The notes under the pieces are model-generated. The model worked only from the letters and a program-made list of their open reading frames with translations, made no database searches and was not told the origin of the DNA. Of a stretch of 64,000 nt of DNA, positions 50,454 through 60,010 are shown piece after piece. Origin of the DNA: an uncultured Actinomycetes bacterium (GTDB lineage: Bacteria > Actinomycetota > UBA4738 > HRBIN12); assembly GCA_963704725.1 (NCBI GenBank), contig OY969934.1, positions 1,920,001 through 1,984,000 on the forward strand, read 5' to 3'. The position numbers were made by a program, and so were the translations under genes. The number at the start of each line of letters is the position of its first letter. Position 1 is the stretch's first letter.

Positions 50454-51566
50454 CTACGCGTGCGCGCGCCGCCAGGCGCGCGACCCCTCGGCCATGCGAG
50501 CCGCGAGCACGCCGGCGGCCCCGGCCGCCAGGAAGAACGCGCGGTCCTCGGCCGCCGTCCGGCCCATGGACTCGACGCCGAGCCCGAGCCGGTCGAGCTC
50601 GGCGAGCGCGGGCCGGCCGTCCACTTCGACGAGCTGGTGCCGTTCCTCCAGCTTCCGGGAGCGGAGCGCCTCCCACACGGCAGCTCGCTGTTCCGGGTCT
50701 TCGAGCACGGGCACGGCCACGTTCGCCCCTGCGGTGCAGACCTTCTCGAGGATCGTCAGCGAGTGGTGAGAGACGCCGCGATGGCGTTCTCGGGGATCGG
50801 CGAAGGAGACCCGCAGCGCGGCGACGGGCCGGCCCCCGAGCGCCTCGGCGGCGTTCAACGCCTGGCCGCTGCCGAGCGCGCTCACGCCCCACGTGGTCTG
50901 CGTGCCGAGGTTCCCGGGTCCGTCGGCCACGACCACGACATCGGCCTTCAGGATCTCGACGGCGGCGAGGAGGCCGCTCCAGACCGTCACCGCCTCCAGC
51001 TCCCCGCCGAAGGCTTGCCCACAGGTCACCCAGCCGTCGAGGAGCCCGGCCTCGCGCAGCGCCGGGACGAGGCGGGAGAAGGCGCCCGGCAGCGCTGCGC
51101 CGTCGGTCATGACGTAGACGACGCGCCCGCCCTGCGCCGCCTTGGCCCCGGCGGCCGCGATGGCCATGATCGAGTGCAGGGGCGCGCACACCACCGGGGT
51201 GCCGGCCAGGCCTGCAGAGCGCTCCAGGACCTCGTGATGTGTCTCCTCGACGGAGGGCACGGCGACCTGCAGCGGCGTGTACCGGGCCTTCATGACGCGA
51301 CCCTGCCCGGCCAGCTCGGTCGGCGCGGCACCCTCGACCGCGACGACGAGGTGGAACCCGCCGGTCCCCAGGCCGAGCGCGATCGCGGTGGCGTTCAGAA
51401 CGACGATGTCGCCTGCCCCGATCGGGCCGGTGAGACCCGGATAGGCGATGGCCGGGGCGCGTTCGCCGTCGATCTCCACCTCGAGCTCGAGGGCCCCGGG
51501 TCGCTCCCGTCCCAGCGCGACGACGGTGCCGCGGCGCAGGCGGACGCCACCCCGGTCGGCCGACAT
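50454..51566 (-). CDS. DUF3866 family protein
   Basis: LNATA..LGLGTGG, MKARYTPLQ, LHS, TDGAALP, GQAFGG, RHRGVSHHS. Confidence 0.8.
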   Translation of the reverse strand: MSADRGGVRLRRGTVVALGRERPGALELEVEIDGERAPAIAYPGLTGPIGAGDIVVLNATAIALGLGTGGFHLVVAVEGAAPTELAGQGRVMKARYTPLQVAVPSVEETHHEVLERSAGLAGTPVVCAPLHSIMAIAAAGAKAAQGGRVVYVMTDGAALPGAFSRLVPALREAGLLDGWVTCGQAFGGELEAVTVWSGLLAAVEILKADVVVVADGPGNLGTQTTWGVSALGSGQALNAAEALGGRPVAALRVSFADPRERHRGVSHHSLTILEKVCTAGANVAVPVLEDPEQRAAVWEALRSRKLEERHQLVEVDGRPALAELDRLGLGVESMGRTAAEDRAFFLAAGAAGVLAARMAEGSRAWRRAHA

Positions 51567-51589
51567 GCCGGAAGTATGATGCCGCGGCG

Positions 51590-52543
51590 ATGCAGCCGCT
51601 CGAGCGCCTGGTCAACCTGGTCGCCCTGCTCCTGGAGTCCCGGACCCCGCTGACGTTCGAGCAGATCCGCGAGCGCTTCTCCGAGGCGTACGAGCACGAG
51701 GACGTGAACTCGGCGAAGCGGATGTTCGAGCGCGACAAGGACGTCCTGCGCGACATCGGCGTGCCGATCGAGGTCGTGGCCACCGACGTCTGGGACGCCG
51801 AGCAGGGATACACGATCCCGAAGGAGCGGTACTACCTGCCCGAGATCGACTTCACGCCCGAGGAGATCACGGCGCTCGCCGTGGCCGCGCGTTCGGGGGG
51901 CGACACGTCGGCCGAGGACGCGGTGCGCAAGCTCCTGTCGGGGTCCGAGGACGGGATCCTGGCCTCGCTCGCCGGGGCCGTCCCCGGCGGGCTCGGCGGG
52001 AGCTCGGACCCCCGGCTGCCCTCGGCCGCCGAAGCGGTGGCGGGCCTGCGCCGGATCCGCTTCCGGTACCGCACGGCCCGGGGCGAGACGTCGGAGCGGC
52101 TCGTGGACGCCTACGGCCTCGTCGTGCGCCGCGGCCACTGGTACCTCGTGGGGATGGACCTGGATCGTGGCGATCTGCGGTCGTTCCGCCTCTCGCGGCT
52201 GGCCTCGGACCTGGCCGTGGAGGGGGAGGGGAGCGAGCCGCCCGAGGGGTTCCGGGCCGCCGACGTCGTCCAGCCGGGACCGTGGGGTCCGGGCGAGGCG
52301 CGGACCACGGCCGTCGTGGCGTTCGCGCCCGAGGTGGCGTGGTGGGCGGCGAGGGGGGTCGCCGGAGCGGAGACGGTCGAGTCCGGCGAGGACGGGTGGA
52401 CGCGCATCCGCGTGCCGTGGCAGCCGGGGGAGAGCCTCGCGGGGTGGGTGCTCTCGTTCGGACCGGACGCCGAGGCGCTGGAGCCGCCCGAGCTCCGCCG
52501 GGAGATCGCCGGCCGGCTGGAGGCGGCGCTTGCCGCCCTCTGA
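51590..52543 (+). CDS. pafB: WYL-domain transcriptional regulator PafB
   Basis: ERLVNLV, KRMFERDKDVLRDIG, WYLVG..RSFRLSR. Confidence 0.9.
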   Translation: MQPLERLVNLVALLLESRTPLTFEQIRERFSEAYEHEDVNSAKRMFERDKDVLRDIGVPIEVVATDVWDAEQGYTIPKERYYLPEIDFTPEEITALAVAARSGGDTSAEDAVRKLLSGSEDGILASLAGAVPGGLGGSSDPRLPSAAEAVAGLRRIRFRYRTARGETSERLVDAYGLVVRRGHWYLVGMDLDRGDLRSFRLSRLASDLAVEGEGSEPPEGFRAADVVQPGPWGPGEARTTAVVAFAPEVAWWAARGVAGAETVESGEDGWTRIRVPWQPGESLAGWVLSFGPDAEALEPPELRREIAGRLEAALAAL

Positions 52544-53519
52544 CGGCGCCCGCCGGTCGCCGTCGAAGGCGTCGGCCAAGGCCTCCGAGCGGCTCCGGCG
52601 GCTGCTGGTCGTCGTGCCCTACCTGGTGCAGCACCCGGGCACGGCCGTGTCGGAGGCCACCGAGCTGTTCGATCTCACCGAGGCCGAGCTGCTGGACGAT
52701 CTCAACCTGCTGTTCGTGTCGGGTCTGCCGCCCTACGGCCCGGGGGACCTCATCGACGTCGACATCCAGGACGGGCGCATCTGGATCGGCATGGCCGACT
52801 ACTTCGCCCGGCCGCTGCGCCTGAACCGCAGCGAGGCCCTCGCCCTGTACCTGCGGGGGACGGCCCTGGCCGGCGCGCCGGGCCTGCCCGAGGCACCGGC
52901 GCTCGCGTCGGCGCTCGCCAAGCTCGCCGAGGGGCTCGGACCGGAGACGCTGGGAGGTCTCCCCGAGCGCGTGGGGGCGGCGGAGGGCGCCCGTCCCGTC
53001 GAGGGGCTCGAGGAGCTGCGCCGGGCCGCCGGGGCGCACGAGCGCCTTCGCATCGAGTACTACGCGGCGTCCACGGCGGAGACGACGACGCGAGAGATCG
53101 ACCCCGAGGAGGTCTTCTTCGCCATCGGGAACTGGTACGTCGTGGCGTGGGATCACCGGTCGGACGCGGAGCGGCTGTTCCGGGCGGACCGGATCCGCTC
53201 GGCCGTCCCCACCGGGGAGCGGTTCGAGCCGCGCGGTCTCGAGGGAGCCGGCCGGCCCTTGTACACGCCGGACGAACACGACGCGAGCGTCCGACTCCGG
53301 GTCTCGCCCGAGGCCCGATGGGTGGCCGAGTACTACGAGACCTCGGGCGTGGACGAGCTCTCGGACGGGGGGCTCGAGATCGTGCTGCCGGCGGGGCGTC
53401 TGGAGTGGCTCGAGCGGCTGCTGCTGCGCCTGGGAACCGACGTCGAGATCCTGGAGCCGAGGGAGCTGAAGGACCGGGTCCGCGACCTCGCCGGACGGAC
53501 CCGAAAACGGTACGGATAG
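52530..53519 (+). CDS. pafC: WYL-domain transcriptional regulator PafC
   Basis: TTG start after GGAGG; RLRRLLVVVPYL, GLPPYGPGDLID, WYVVAW..FRADRI. Confidence 0.9.
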   Translation: MPPSDGARRSPSKASAKASERLRRLLVVVPYLVQHPGTAVSEATELFDLTEAELLDDLNLLFVSGLPPYGPGDLIDVDIQDGRIWIGMADYFARPLRLNRSEALALYLRGTALAGAPGLPEAPALASALAKLAEGLGPETLGGLPERVGAAEGARPVEGLEELRRAAGAHERLRIEYYAASTAETTTREIDPEEVFFAIGNWYVVAWDHRSDAERLFRADRIRSAVPTGERFEPRGLEGAGRPLYTPDEHDASVRLRVSPEARWVAEYYETSGVDELSDGGLEIVLPAGRLEWLERLLLRLGTDVEILEPRELKDRVRDLAGRTRKRYG

Positions 53520-53545
53520 GGTAGCCCCGACCTCCTGCACCGGGC

Positions 53546-53573
53546 TCAAGCGTTCGGCCGGGAGGGTCGATAC
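53546..53573 (+). promoter_or_regulatory. sigma28/WhiG-like promoter
   Basis: TCAAG-N15-GTCGATAC, ending 10 nt before ATG 53584. Confidence 0.55.
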
Positions 53574-53583
53574 AGCGGGTGTC

Positions 53584-53952
53584 ATGACCACCATCCGGAC
53601 GACGTGCCCCCGCTGCGGCGAAGTGGACATGGGCCCCGAGTCGATCCTGCTCCAGGTGAGCCGGGGCGGCCGCGAGGGAACGTACCGCTTCACCTGCCCG
53701 ACCTGCATGGACGCGGTGGAGAAGCGCGCCGACCGCAAGATCGTGGCCCTCCTCGTGTCCGCCGGCGTCGACGTGGCTGGCCGTGCCACCATCACCGAGA
53801 CCGAGGAGCTGTTCGAGGCCGACGAGGAGCCCGTGGAGGATCCGCGTGGTCCGCTTCCTCCCGGGCCTGCCTTCACGATCGACGACCTGATCGACTTCCA
53901 CTTCAGCCTCCAGGACGACCGCTACATCCACGAGTTCCTGGCGAAGCACTAG
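53584..53952 (+). CDS. Zinc-ribbon hypothetical protein
   Basis: CPRC..CPTC; acidic C-terminus ending TIDDLIDFH. Confidence 0.8.
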   Translation: MTTIRTTCPRCGEVDMGPESILLQVSRGGREGTYRFTCPTCMDAVEKRADRKIVALLVSAGVDVAGRATITETEELFEADEEPVEDPRGPLPPGPAFTIDDLIDFHFSLQDDRYIHEFLAKH

Positions 53953-53989
53953 GCAGCACCTCGCCGCCCCGACCCGGTAGCATCCCCTC

Positions 53990-54232
53990 GTGTCCTCGGT
54001 CGCGATCGTGTGGCTGGTCGTCGGGCTCCTGTCCACCGCGGCGGTGGCCGCCGTCCTGATCGCGCTGGTCCGGCACGTGTTCGTGCTCACTCGGGCGCTC
54101 GGCCGCTTCCAGCGGGAGGTGGGGCCGCTGGCCGCCGAGCTCGCCGCCGAAGGGGACCGCGCCTCCGCCCGAGCCGGTCGCGTAGCTGCCGAACGGCCGT
54201 TCGGCCGCCCCGGGGGCCGGGCGGTACCATAG
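53990..54232 (+). CDS. Small single-TM hypothetical protein
   Basis: N-terminal hydrophobic helix; TAGCAT 6 nt before GTG. Confidence 0.65.
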   Translation: MSSVAIVWLVVGLLSTAAVAAVLIALVRHVFVLTRALGRFQREVGPLAAELAAEGDRASARAGRVAAERPFGRPGGRAVP

Positions 54233-54284
54233 GCCGCGCCGCGACGCGATCCGCGAGCGGGACCTCGATGGGGCGAAGGGCGAG

Positions 54285-54776
54285 ATGCTCAACATCGGTC
54301 CGCAGGAGCTGCTCCTGATCCTGGTCGTCGCGCTGGTGGTCGTGGGACCGCGCCGCCTGCCGGAGATCGGACGATCCCTCGGCAAGGGGCTCCGGGAGAT
54401 CCGCAAGGCCCAGGACGAGGTCCGAAAGACGATCCAGGTCAACCTGGACGACGACATGCCCCCGGCCCGGACCGGCGCCCGACCCCCGAGCGCCCAGGCC
54501 GACCCCGGCGAGGCCGGCCCCTCGGCCGCGCTCCCCACCGCGGCCGCCGCGGCGAGCGAGCCGATCGGGGAGGTCTCCAAGACGCTGGGGCGAGGCCTGG
54601 CGGAGCTCCGCAAGGCCCGCCGGGAGATCGAGCGGACGTTCCGCGTCGACCTGGACCGGCCGCCGGCCGGACCGCGCCCGGCAGCCACCGCGGAACCGGC
54701 AGCCTCCGCCGCGCCGGCGCCCGCACCGGAGGCGGAGGGCCCGCCCGAGACCGACCGGCGCCCGGCCCCGGAGTAG
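54285..54776 (+). CDS. Twin-arginine translocase TatA/TatB family subunit
   Basis: NIGPQELLLILVVALVVVGPRRLPEIGRSLGKGLREIRK; directly upstream of tatC. Confidence 0.88.
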   Translation: MLNIGPQELLLILVVALVVVGPRRLPEIGRSLGKGLREIRKAQDEVRKTIQVNLDDDMPPARTGARPPSAQADPGEAGPSAALPTAAAAASEPIGEVSKTLGRGLAELRKARREIERTFRVDLDRPPAGPRPAATAEPAASAAPAPAPEAEGPPETDRRPAPE

Positions 54777-54788
54777 CGCGACCCCGCG

Positions 54789-55571
54789 ATGCGCCTGATC
54801 CCCGAGCGCCTCCGCCGGCGCCGTTCCCGGTCGCCCGAAGGCTCGATGTCCCTCGTCGAGCACCTCGAGGAGCTCCGCTACCGGCTCGTGGTGTCGATCG
54901 TCGGCATCGCGATCGGCGCGGCGGTGGGATGGTTCCTGTTCGACCGGCTCATCGACCTGTTGCAGAAGCCCTACTGCGACTACTGGGACACCGTGGACCC
55001 GGCGCTGCGGGCCACGACGAAGTGCACGTTCTTCTACTCGGGCGCCCTCGAGCCCGTGCTGATCAAGCTCAAGCTCGTCGGTGTGATGGGGCTGTTCTTC
55101 GCCCTGCCCGTGGTCCTGTACCAGCTCTGGTCCTTCGTGGTCCCCGGCCTGACCAAGCGCGAACGGCGCCTGGCCATCCCCTTCGTGATCAGCTCGGTCC
55201 TGCTGTTCGCCCTGGGCGCGCTGTTCGCGTACTGGACGCTCCCCAAGGCCCTCGGCTTCCTCCTGGGGTTCGCGGGCACGGGATTCTCCCCCTTACTCAC
55301 CGGGGATCGGTTCTTCACGTTCGTCGTGCTGGTCGCGGTGGTGTTCGGTCTGTCCTTCGAGTACCCGGTCGTGCTGATCTTCCTGAACATCGCCGGCGTG
55401 ATCACCACCGCCCAACTCCGGCGGTGGCGGCGCGGGGCCGTCCTGGGCGTGGCCATTTTCGCCGCCGTGGTCACGCCGAGCCAGGACCCCTACACCATGC
55501 TGGCCATGTGCGTGCCGATGTGGTTGTTCTACGAGCTGGCTATCATCGTCGGTCGACTGATGAAGAGGTAG
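54789..55571 (+). CDS. tatC: Twin-arginine translocase TatC
   Basis: MSLVEHLEELRYRL, PGLTKRE, FEYP, TPSQDP. Confidence 0.94.
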   Translation: MRLIPERLRRRRSRSPEGSMSLVEHLEELRYRLVVSIVGIAIGAAVGWFLFDRLIDLLQKPYCDYWDTVDPALRATTKCTFFYSGALEPVLIKLKLVGVMGLFFALPVVLYQLWSFVVPGLTKRERRLAIPFVISSVLLFALGALFAYWTLPKALGFLLGFAGTGFSPLLTGDRFFTFVVLVAVVFGLSFEYPVVLIFLNIAGVITTAQLRRWRRGAVLGVAIFAAVVTPSQDPYTMLAMCVPMWLFYELAIIVGRLMKR

Positions 55572-55579
55572 AGGGACGC

Positions 55580-56359
55580 ATGGCGATCAAGGGCAAGAGC
55601 AAGAGCCGCGGAACCAAGACGGTGGCCCGCGGTCCCAAGCCGGTCTACGTGCCGGTCAAGACGCCGTGGTACCGGCGGCGGGGCCTGTGGCTCGTGGTCG
55701 CCACGCTCGTGGCCGTAGCGGCCGTCGAGGGGCTCGTGTACGGCTTCGTCAACCAGAGCAACGAGAACAAGATCAAGGACGACCAATCGCGCCTGGCCGC
55801 GGTCACGAATCGCTACCGGGGTGTGATCCAACCCATCCTGGCCACCGTGGGGAGCGAGACGCCCCCGTCGGGCTTCGCCGCGTTCCCCTCCCTCGACTCG
55901 GGCCTCGCCGGGCTCGAGACGGACACCGTCGACCAGAACGCCCTGGATGCCGCGTCGAACGCCGCCGATTCCACGGTGTCCACCGCGCGGTCGGCGATCG
56001 GCAACCTCGGCGACGTCGACGCCGCCACGATGGTCGGAGGCAAGGGGTTCTCCCGGAGCTACGTGCTCTACGTCTTGAACTCGGAGGCCGGCTTCGTCCG
56101 CGGCCTCAAGCTGTTCCGCGAGGCCGCGGTCCTGCTCTCGTTGGCCGTGGAGGCCGGCGAGGGGCCCGGTCGCGCCGACCTGGTGGCGCAGGCCCGCTCC
56201 GTCCAGGCCATCGCGGACGAGACCTTCTCCACGGCGTACTCGGACTACGTGCAGGCCCAGATCCTGGCCAACGTGTTCCAGCCGAGCGGTCCGGGAACGA
56301 TCACGCCGATCACGGGACCGACGGGGGCGACCGGTCCGGCCACGGGCGCCTCGGGCTGA
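55580..56359 (+). CDS. Membrane-anchored hypothetical protein
   Basis: Basic N-terminus, one TM helix, helical body, Gly/Pro/Thr tail. Confidence 0.7.
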   Translation: MAIKGKSKSRGTKTVARGPKPVYVPVKTPWYRRRGLWLVVATLVAVAAVEGLVYGFVNQSNENKIKDDQSRLAAVTNRYRGVIQPILATVGSETPPSGFAAFPSLDSGLAGLETDTVDQNALDAASNAADSTVSTARSAIGNLGDVDAATMVGGKGFSRSYVLYVLNSEAGFVRGLKLFREAAVLLSLAVEAGEGPGRADLVAQARSVQAIADETFSTAYSDYVQAQILANVFQPSGPGTITPITGPTGATGPATGASG

Positions 56360-56400
56360 CCGCGCCGGTCGCCGGGCGTCCCGCCCGTAGACTCGACGGA

Positions 56401-59055
56401 GTGACCGATCCCCGGCGCTTCGCCGCCCGGTATCCGTTCGCCCTGGATGCCTTCCAGATCACGGCGATCGACGCCCTGGCCTCGGGGGGCTCCGTCCTGG
56501 TGGCGGCGCCCACCGGCTCGGGCAAGACGGTCGTGGCCGAGTACGCCGTCGAGCGCGCCCTGGAGCTCGGCGGCAAGTGCTTCTACACGACGCCGCTGAA
56601 GGCGCTGTCGAACCAGAAGTTCGGTGACTTCGTGGCCCGGCACGGGGCGGCGCGTGTCGGCCTGCTGACCGGCGACAACACGATCAACGGCCAGGCCCCC
56701 GTCGTCGTCATGACGACCGAGGTCCTTCGCAACATGCTCTACGAGCGCTCCGACACGATCGACGGGCTGGTCTCCGTCGTGCTCGACGAGGTCCACTACC
56801 TCCAGGATCCGTACCGCGGCGCTGTGTGGGAGGAGGTGCTGATCCACCTGCCGCCGTCGGTCTCGGTGGTGTGCCTGTCGGCCACGATCTCCAACGCCGA
56901 GCAGTTCGGCGAGTGGATCGGGACGCTCCGTGGGCCCACCCGCGTGGTCATCGAGGAGCGGCGACCCGTGCCTCTGGAGCATCACTACCTCGTGGGCCGG
57001 GACCTGCATCCGATGCACGTGGACCAGGAGGGCCAGCTCGCCCCCAACCCGTACGTCGTGTCGCTGGAGCGGCAGGAGGTGGGGTTCAAGCCGTACGGGC
57101 CGCGGGGGTCGGGGCGGGCGCAGCACGAGCGCGTTCCCCGGTCCCGGGACCGGTCTCGCCGCGTCTACGTGCCGCGGCGCGAGGAGGTCGTCGAGGTCCT
57201 GGCCGGCGCGGGCATGCTGCCGGCGATCTACTTCGTGTTCAGCCGGGCGGGCTGCGACCGCAGCGTGCAGTGGCTGATGGCCTCGGGGATCCGCCTCACC
57301 GACCGGGATGAGGCGGCCCGGATCCGCGAGTTCGCCGAGATGCGCTCGGCCTGGATGGACGAGGAGGACCTCAAGACCTTGGGCTTCTACGACTTCGAGG
57401 AGGCGCTCGCGGCGGGGATCTCCTCGCACCACGCCGGGATGTTGCCGGTGTTCAAGGAGACCGTCGAGGAGCTGTTCGAGGCCGGGCTGGTCAAGATCGT
57501 CTTCGCCACGGAGACGCTCTCGCTCGGGATCAACATGCCGGCGAAGTCGGTGGTGATCGAGGACCTGTGGAAGTTCCAGGGGGAGCGGCACGAGCTCCTC
57601 ACCCCCGGCGAGTACACCCAGCTCACCGGGCGCGCCGGCCGGCGGGGGATCGACGAGCTGGGCCACGCCATCGTCGTGTACCAGCGGCAGGTGCCGTTCG
57701 AGCGGGTGGCCTCGCTCGCGTCGACGCGGACCTACGAGCTCACGTCGTCGTTCCGCCCCTCGTACAACATGGCGGTCAACCTGGTGCGCAACTACACGCG
57801 CGAGGAGACGCACCACCTGCTGAACTCGTCCTTCGCCCAGTTCCTGGCGGACCGGGGCGTCGTGGCGCTCGAGCGGCAGCTCGAACGCGACCGGGCGTTC
57901 CTGGCCGGCTACCGGGAGCAGATGCGCTGCCACCTAGGCGACTTCGGGGAGTACTGGCAGCTGCAGGAGAAGGCGGAGCGGATCCGCTCCGAGGCGCGCA
58001 AGGGCCGCGAGCGGGCGCGCGCCGACGGCGTCCGGGACGCCCTGGCGGGGCTGCGGCCGGGCGACGTGATCTTCGTTCCCAGGGCGAAGCGGCGGGGACT
58101 GGCCGTCGTGCTGTCCAACCGGGAGGGGCGGCCCACGGTGCTGGCCCAGGACCGGAAGTTCTTCCGGGTCTCGACCCGGGACTTCGAGGAGCCCCCCCTG
58201 TCGATCACCCGCGTCCCGCTGCCCCGGGCGGGGAGCGTCCGCAGCGCCCGGTACCGGCGGGATCTCGCGGCCCGGCTCGTGGCGCTCGACGTCCGGGCGC
58301 CGAGGCGCTCCTACGAACGGGTCGACGCCAAGGTCGAGCGCGAGGCCGCCAAGGTCGAGCGGCTGGCCGAGGCCCATCCGTGTCACGGCTGCCCCGATCG
58401 GCCGGCTCACGAGCGCTGGGCCCGGCGCGCCTCCGAGCTCGAGGAGCAGGTCCGCGGCGTCGACCGCCGGATCCGAACGCGCACGGAGACGTTGGCCCGC
58501 CAGTTCGACCGGGTGCTCGGCGTCCTGGGGGAGCTGGGATACGTCCGCGACTTCTCGATCCTGCCGAAGGGCCGCGCCCTGGCCCGGATCTACGGCGAGG
58601 GTGACGTGCTCGTGGCGGAGGCCCTGGACGACGGCCTGCTCGAGGGCGTCACCCCGCCCGAGGCGGCCGCCCTCGTATCGACGATCGTCTACGAGTCGCG
58701 AGAACGCGTGCCCCAACAGGGGGAGATGCCCACCGCCACCACGGCCGAGCGCTACCGGCGGCTCGGCTCGATCTTCCACCGGATCCGGCGGGCCGAGGAT
58801 CGGCATCACGTAGAGCTGTGCCGGGAGCTCGACGCGGGATTCGCCTCGCCCGTCCACCGGTGGGCGGGCGGCGAGGCGCTCGACGACGTCCTGCGCCAGA
58901 CCGCGATGGCGCCGGGGGACTTCGTCCGCAACTGCAAGCAGCTCCTGGACCTCCTCCGACAGATCGAGGAGGTGGCGGTGGGCGAGCAGGCGGATGTCGT
59001 CCACCGGGCCCGTGAGGCCGTGAACCGCGGCGTGGTGGCCTACACGGGCGTCTGA
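56401..59055 (+). CDS. helY: Ski2-like DEAD/DEAH RNA helicase
   Basis: APTGSGKT, PLKALSNQK, DEVH, SAT, GRAGRRG, DSHCT-like C-terminus; conserved position after tatC. Confidence 0.92.
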   Translation: MTDPRRFAARYPFALDAFQITAIDALASGGSVLVAAPTGSGKTVVAEYAVERALELGGKCFYTTPLKALSNQKFGDFVARHGAARVGLLTGDNTINGQAPVVVMTTEVLRNMLYERSDTIDGLVSVVLDEVHYLQDPYRGAVWEEVLIHLPPSVSVVCLSATISNAEQFGEWIGTLRGPTRVVIEERRPVPLEHHYLVGRDLHPMHVDQEGQLAPNPYVVSLERQEVGFKPYGPRGSGRAQHERVPRSRDRSRRVYVPRREEVVEVLAGAGMLPAIYFVFSRAGCDRSVQWLMASGIRLTDRDEAARIREFAEMRSAWMDEEDLKTLGFYDFEEALAAGISSHHAGMLPVFKETVEELFEAGLVKIVFATETLSLGINMPAKSVVIEDLWKFQGERHELLTPGEYTQLTGRAGRRGIDELGHAIVVYQRQVPFERVASLASTRTYELTSSFRPSYNMAVNLVRNYTREETHHLLNSSFAQFLADRGVVALERQLERDRAFLAGYREQMRCHLGDFGEYWQLQEKAERIRSEARKGRERARADGVRDALAGLRPGDVIFVPRAKRRGLAVVLSNREGRPTVLAQDRKFFRVSTRDFEEPPLSITRVPLPRAGSVRSARYRRDLAARLVALDVRAPRRSYERVDAKVEREAAKVERLAEAHPCHGCPDRPAHERWARRASELEEQVRGVDRRIRTRTETLARQFDRVLGVLGELGYVRDFSILPKGRALARIYGEGDVLVAEALDDGLLEGVTPPEAAALVSTIVYESRERVPQQGEMPTATTAERYRRLGSIFHRIRRAEDRHHVELCRELDAGFASPVHRWAGGEALDDVLRQTAMAPGDFVRNCKQLLDLLRQIEEVAVGEQADVVHRAREAVNRGVVAYTGV

Positions 59056-59080
59056 GCCCGGTGCGGCTAGGATTCGCGCG

Positions 59081-60010
59081 ATGTCATCGCCGTTCGGTGA
59101 GCTCACCGTGATCGTGAACCCCCACGCCGGGAAGCGGCACGTGGGGGAGGAGGTCCCCGAGCTCGAGCGCAACCTCCGCGCCCGAGGGCTCGAGTACCGG
59201 CTGCTTCGGACGGAGGGTCGGGGCGACGCGACGCGGTTCGCGCGCGAGGCGCTCGAGGGCGGGGCACGGTTCCTGGTGGCGGTGGGCGGCGACGGCACCG
59301 TCAACGAGGTCGTCAACGGGATGTTCGACGACGAGGGCGCAGTGATCGGCCGGGAGCCCGTTCTCGGGGTCGTGGCCGCCGGGAGCGGGTGCGACTTCAT
59401 CCGGACGTTCGGGCTGCCCGGCGACGCCACGAGGGCGTGCCTGCATCTGGGCGGCGACAACACGTACCCCCTCGACGTGGGGAAGGTCACGTACACGACG
59501 GTGTCGGGAGGACGGGACGTCCGGTACTTCGCGAACGTCGCCGAGGCCGGGCTGTTCGCTGCGGTGGCGGCCAGGGCCGAGCGGATGTCCCCCCGCCTCG
59601 GCGGCTCGAGGTACTTCTTCGGCTTCTGGGCGGCGCTGGCCCGGTTCAAGCTCGCCACGGTCAGGGTCCAGGCGGACTCCAAGACGTACGAGGGGCCGGC
59701 CTTCGGCGTGGTGGTGGCCAACGCCCAGTACAACGGGGGCGGGATGAAGATCTCGCCCCGGTCCTATCCGGGCGATGGCGTGCTCGACGTCATCATCTTC
59801 CAAGGCCCGAAGTCCGACGCCTTCACGATGATCCCCAAGGTCTACAAGGGGGAGCACGTGCCCCACGACCACAACGTGGAGTTCCGCGTCAAGCGGCAAC
59901 TGATCGTCGAGGCCGACCGGGCCCTGCCGATCGAGGCCGACGGCGAGGTCCTGGGGAACACCCCGGCCACGTTCGAGGTCCTGTCGCAGCCCATCCGGAT
60001 GAAGCTGTGA
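59081..60010 (+). CDS. Diacylglycerol/lipid kinase family protein
   Basis: VNPHAG, GGDGTVNEV, GSGCDF, ADGE. Confidence 0.9.
   Translation: MSSPFGELTVIVNPHAGKRHVGEEVPELERNLRARGLEYRLLRTEGRGDATRFAREALEGGARFLVAVGGDGTVNEVVNGMFDDEGAVIGREPVLGVVAAGSGCDFIRTFGLPGDATRACLHLGGDNTYPLDVGKVTYTTVSGGRDVRYFANVAEAGLFAAVAARAERMSPRLGGSRYFFGFWAALARFKLATVRVQADSKTYEGPAFGVVVANAQYNGGGMKISPRSYPGDGVLDVIIFQGPKSDAFTMIPKVYKGEHVPHDHNVEFRVKRQLIVEADRALPIEADGEVLGNTPATFEVLSQPIRMKL

Noticed and set aside
56290-56359. Collagen-like GPTGATGP tail
   Set aside because: Too short for a triple helix; likely a low-complexity tail.
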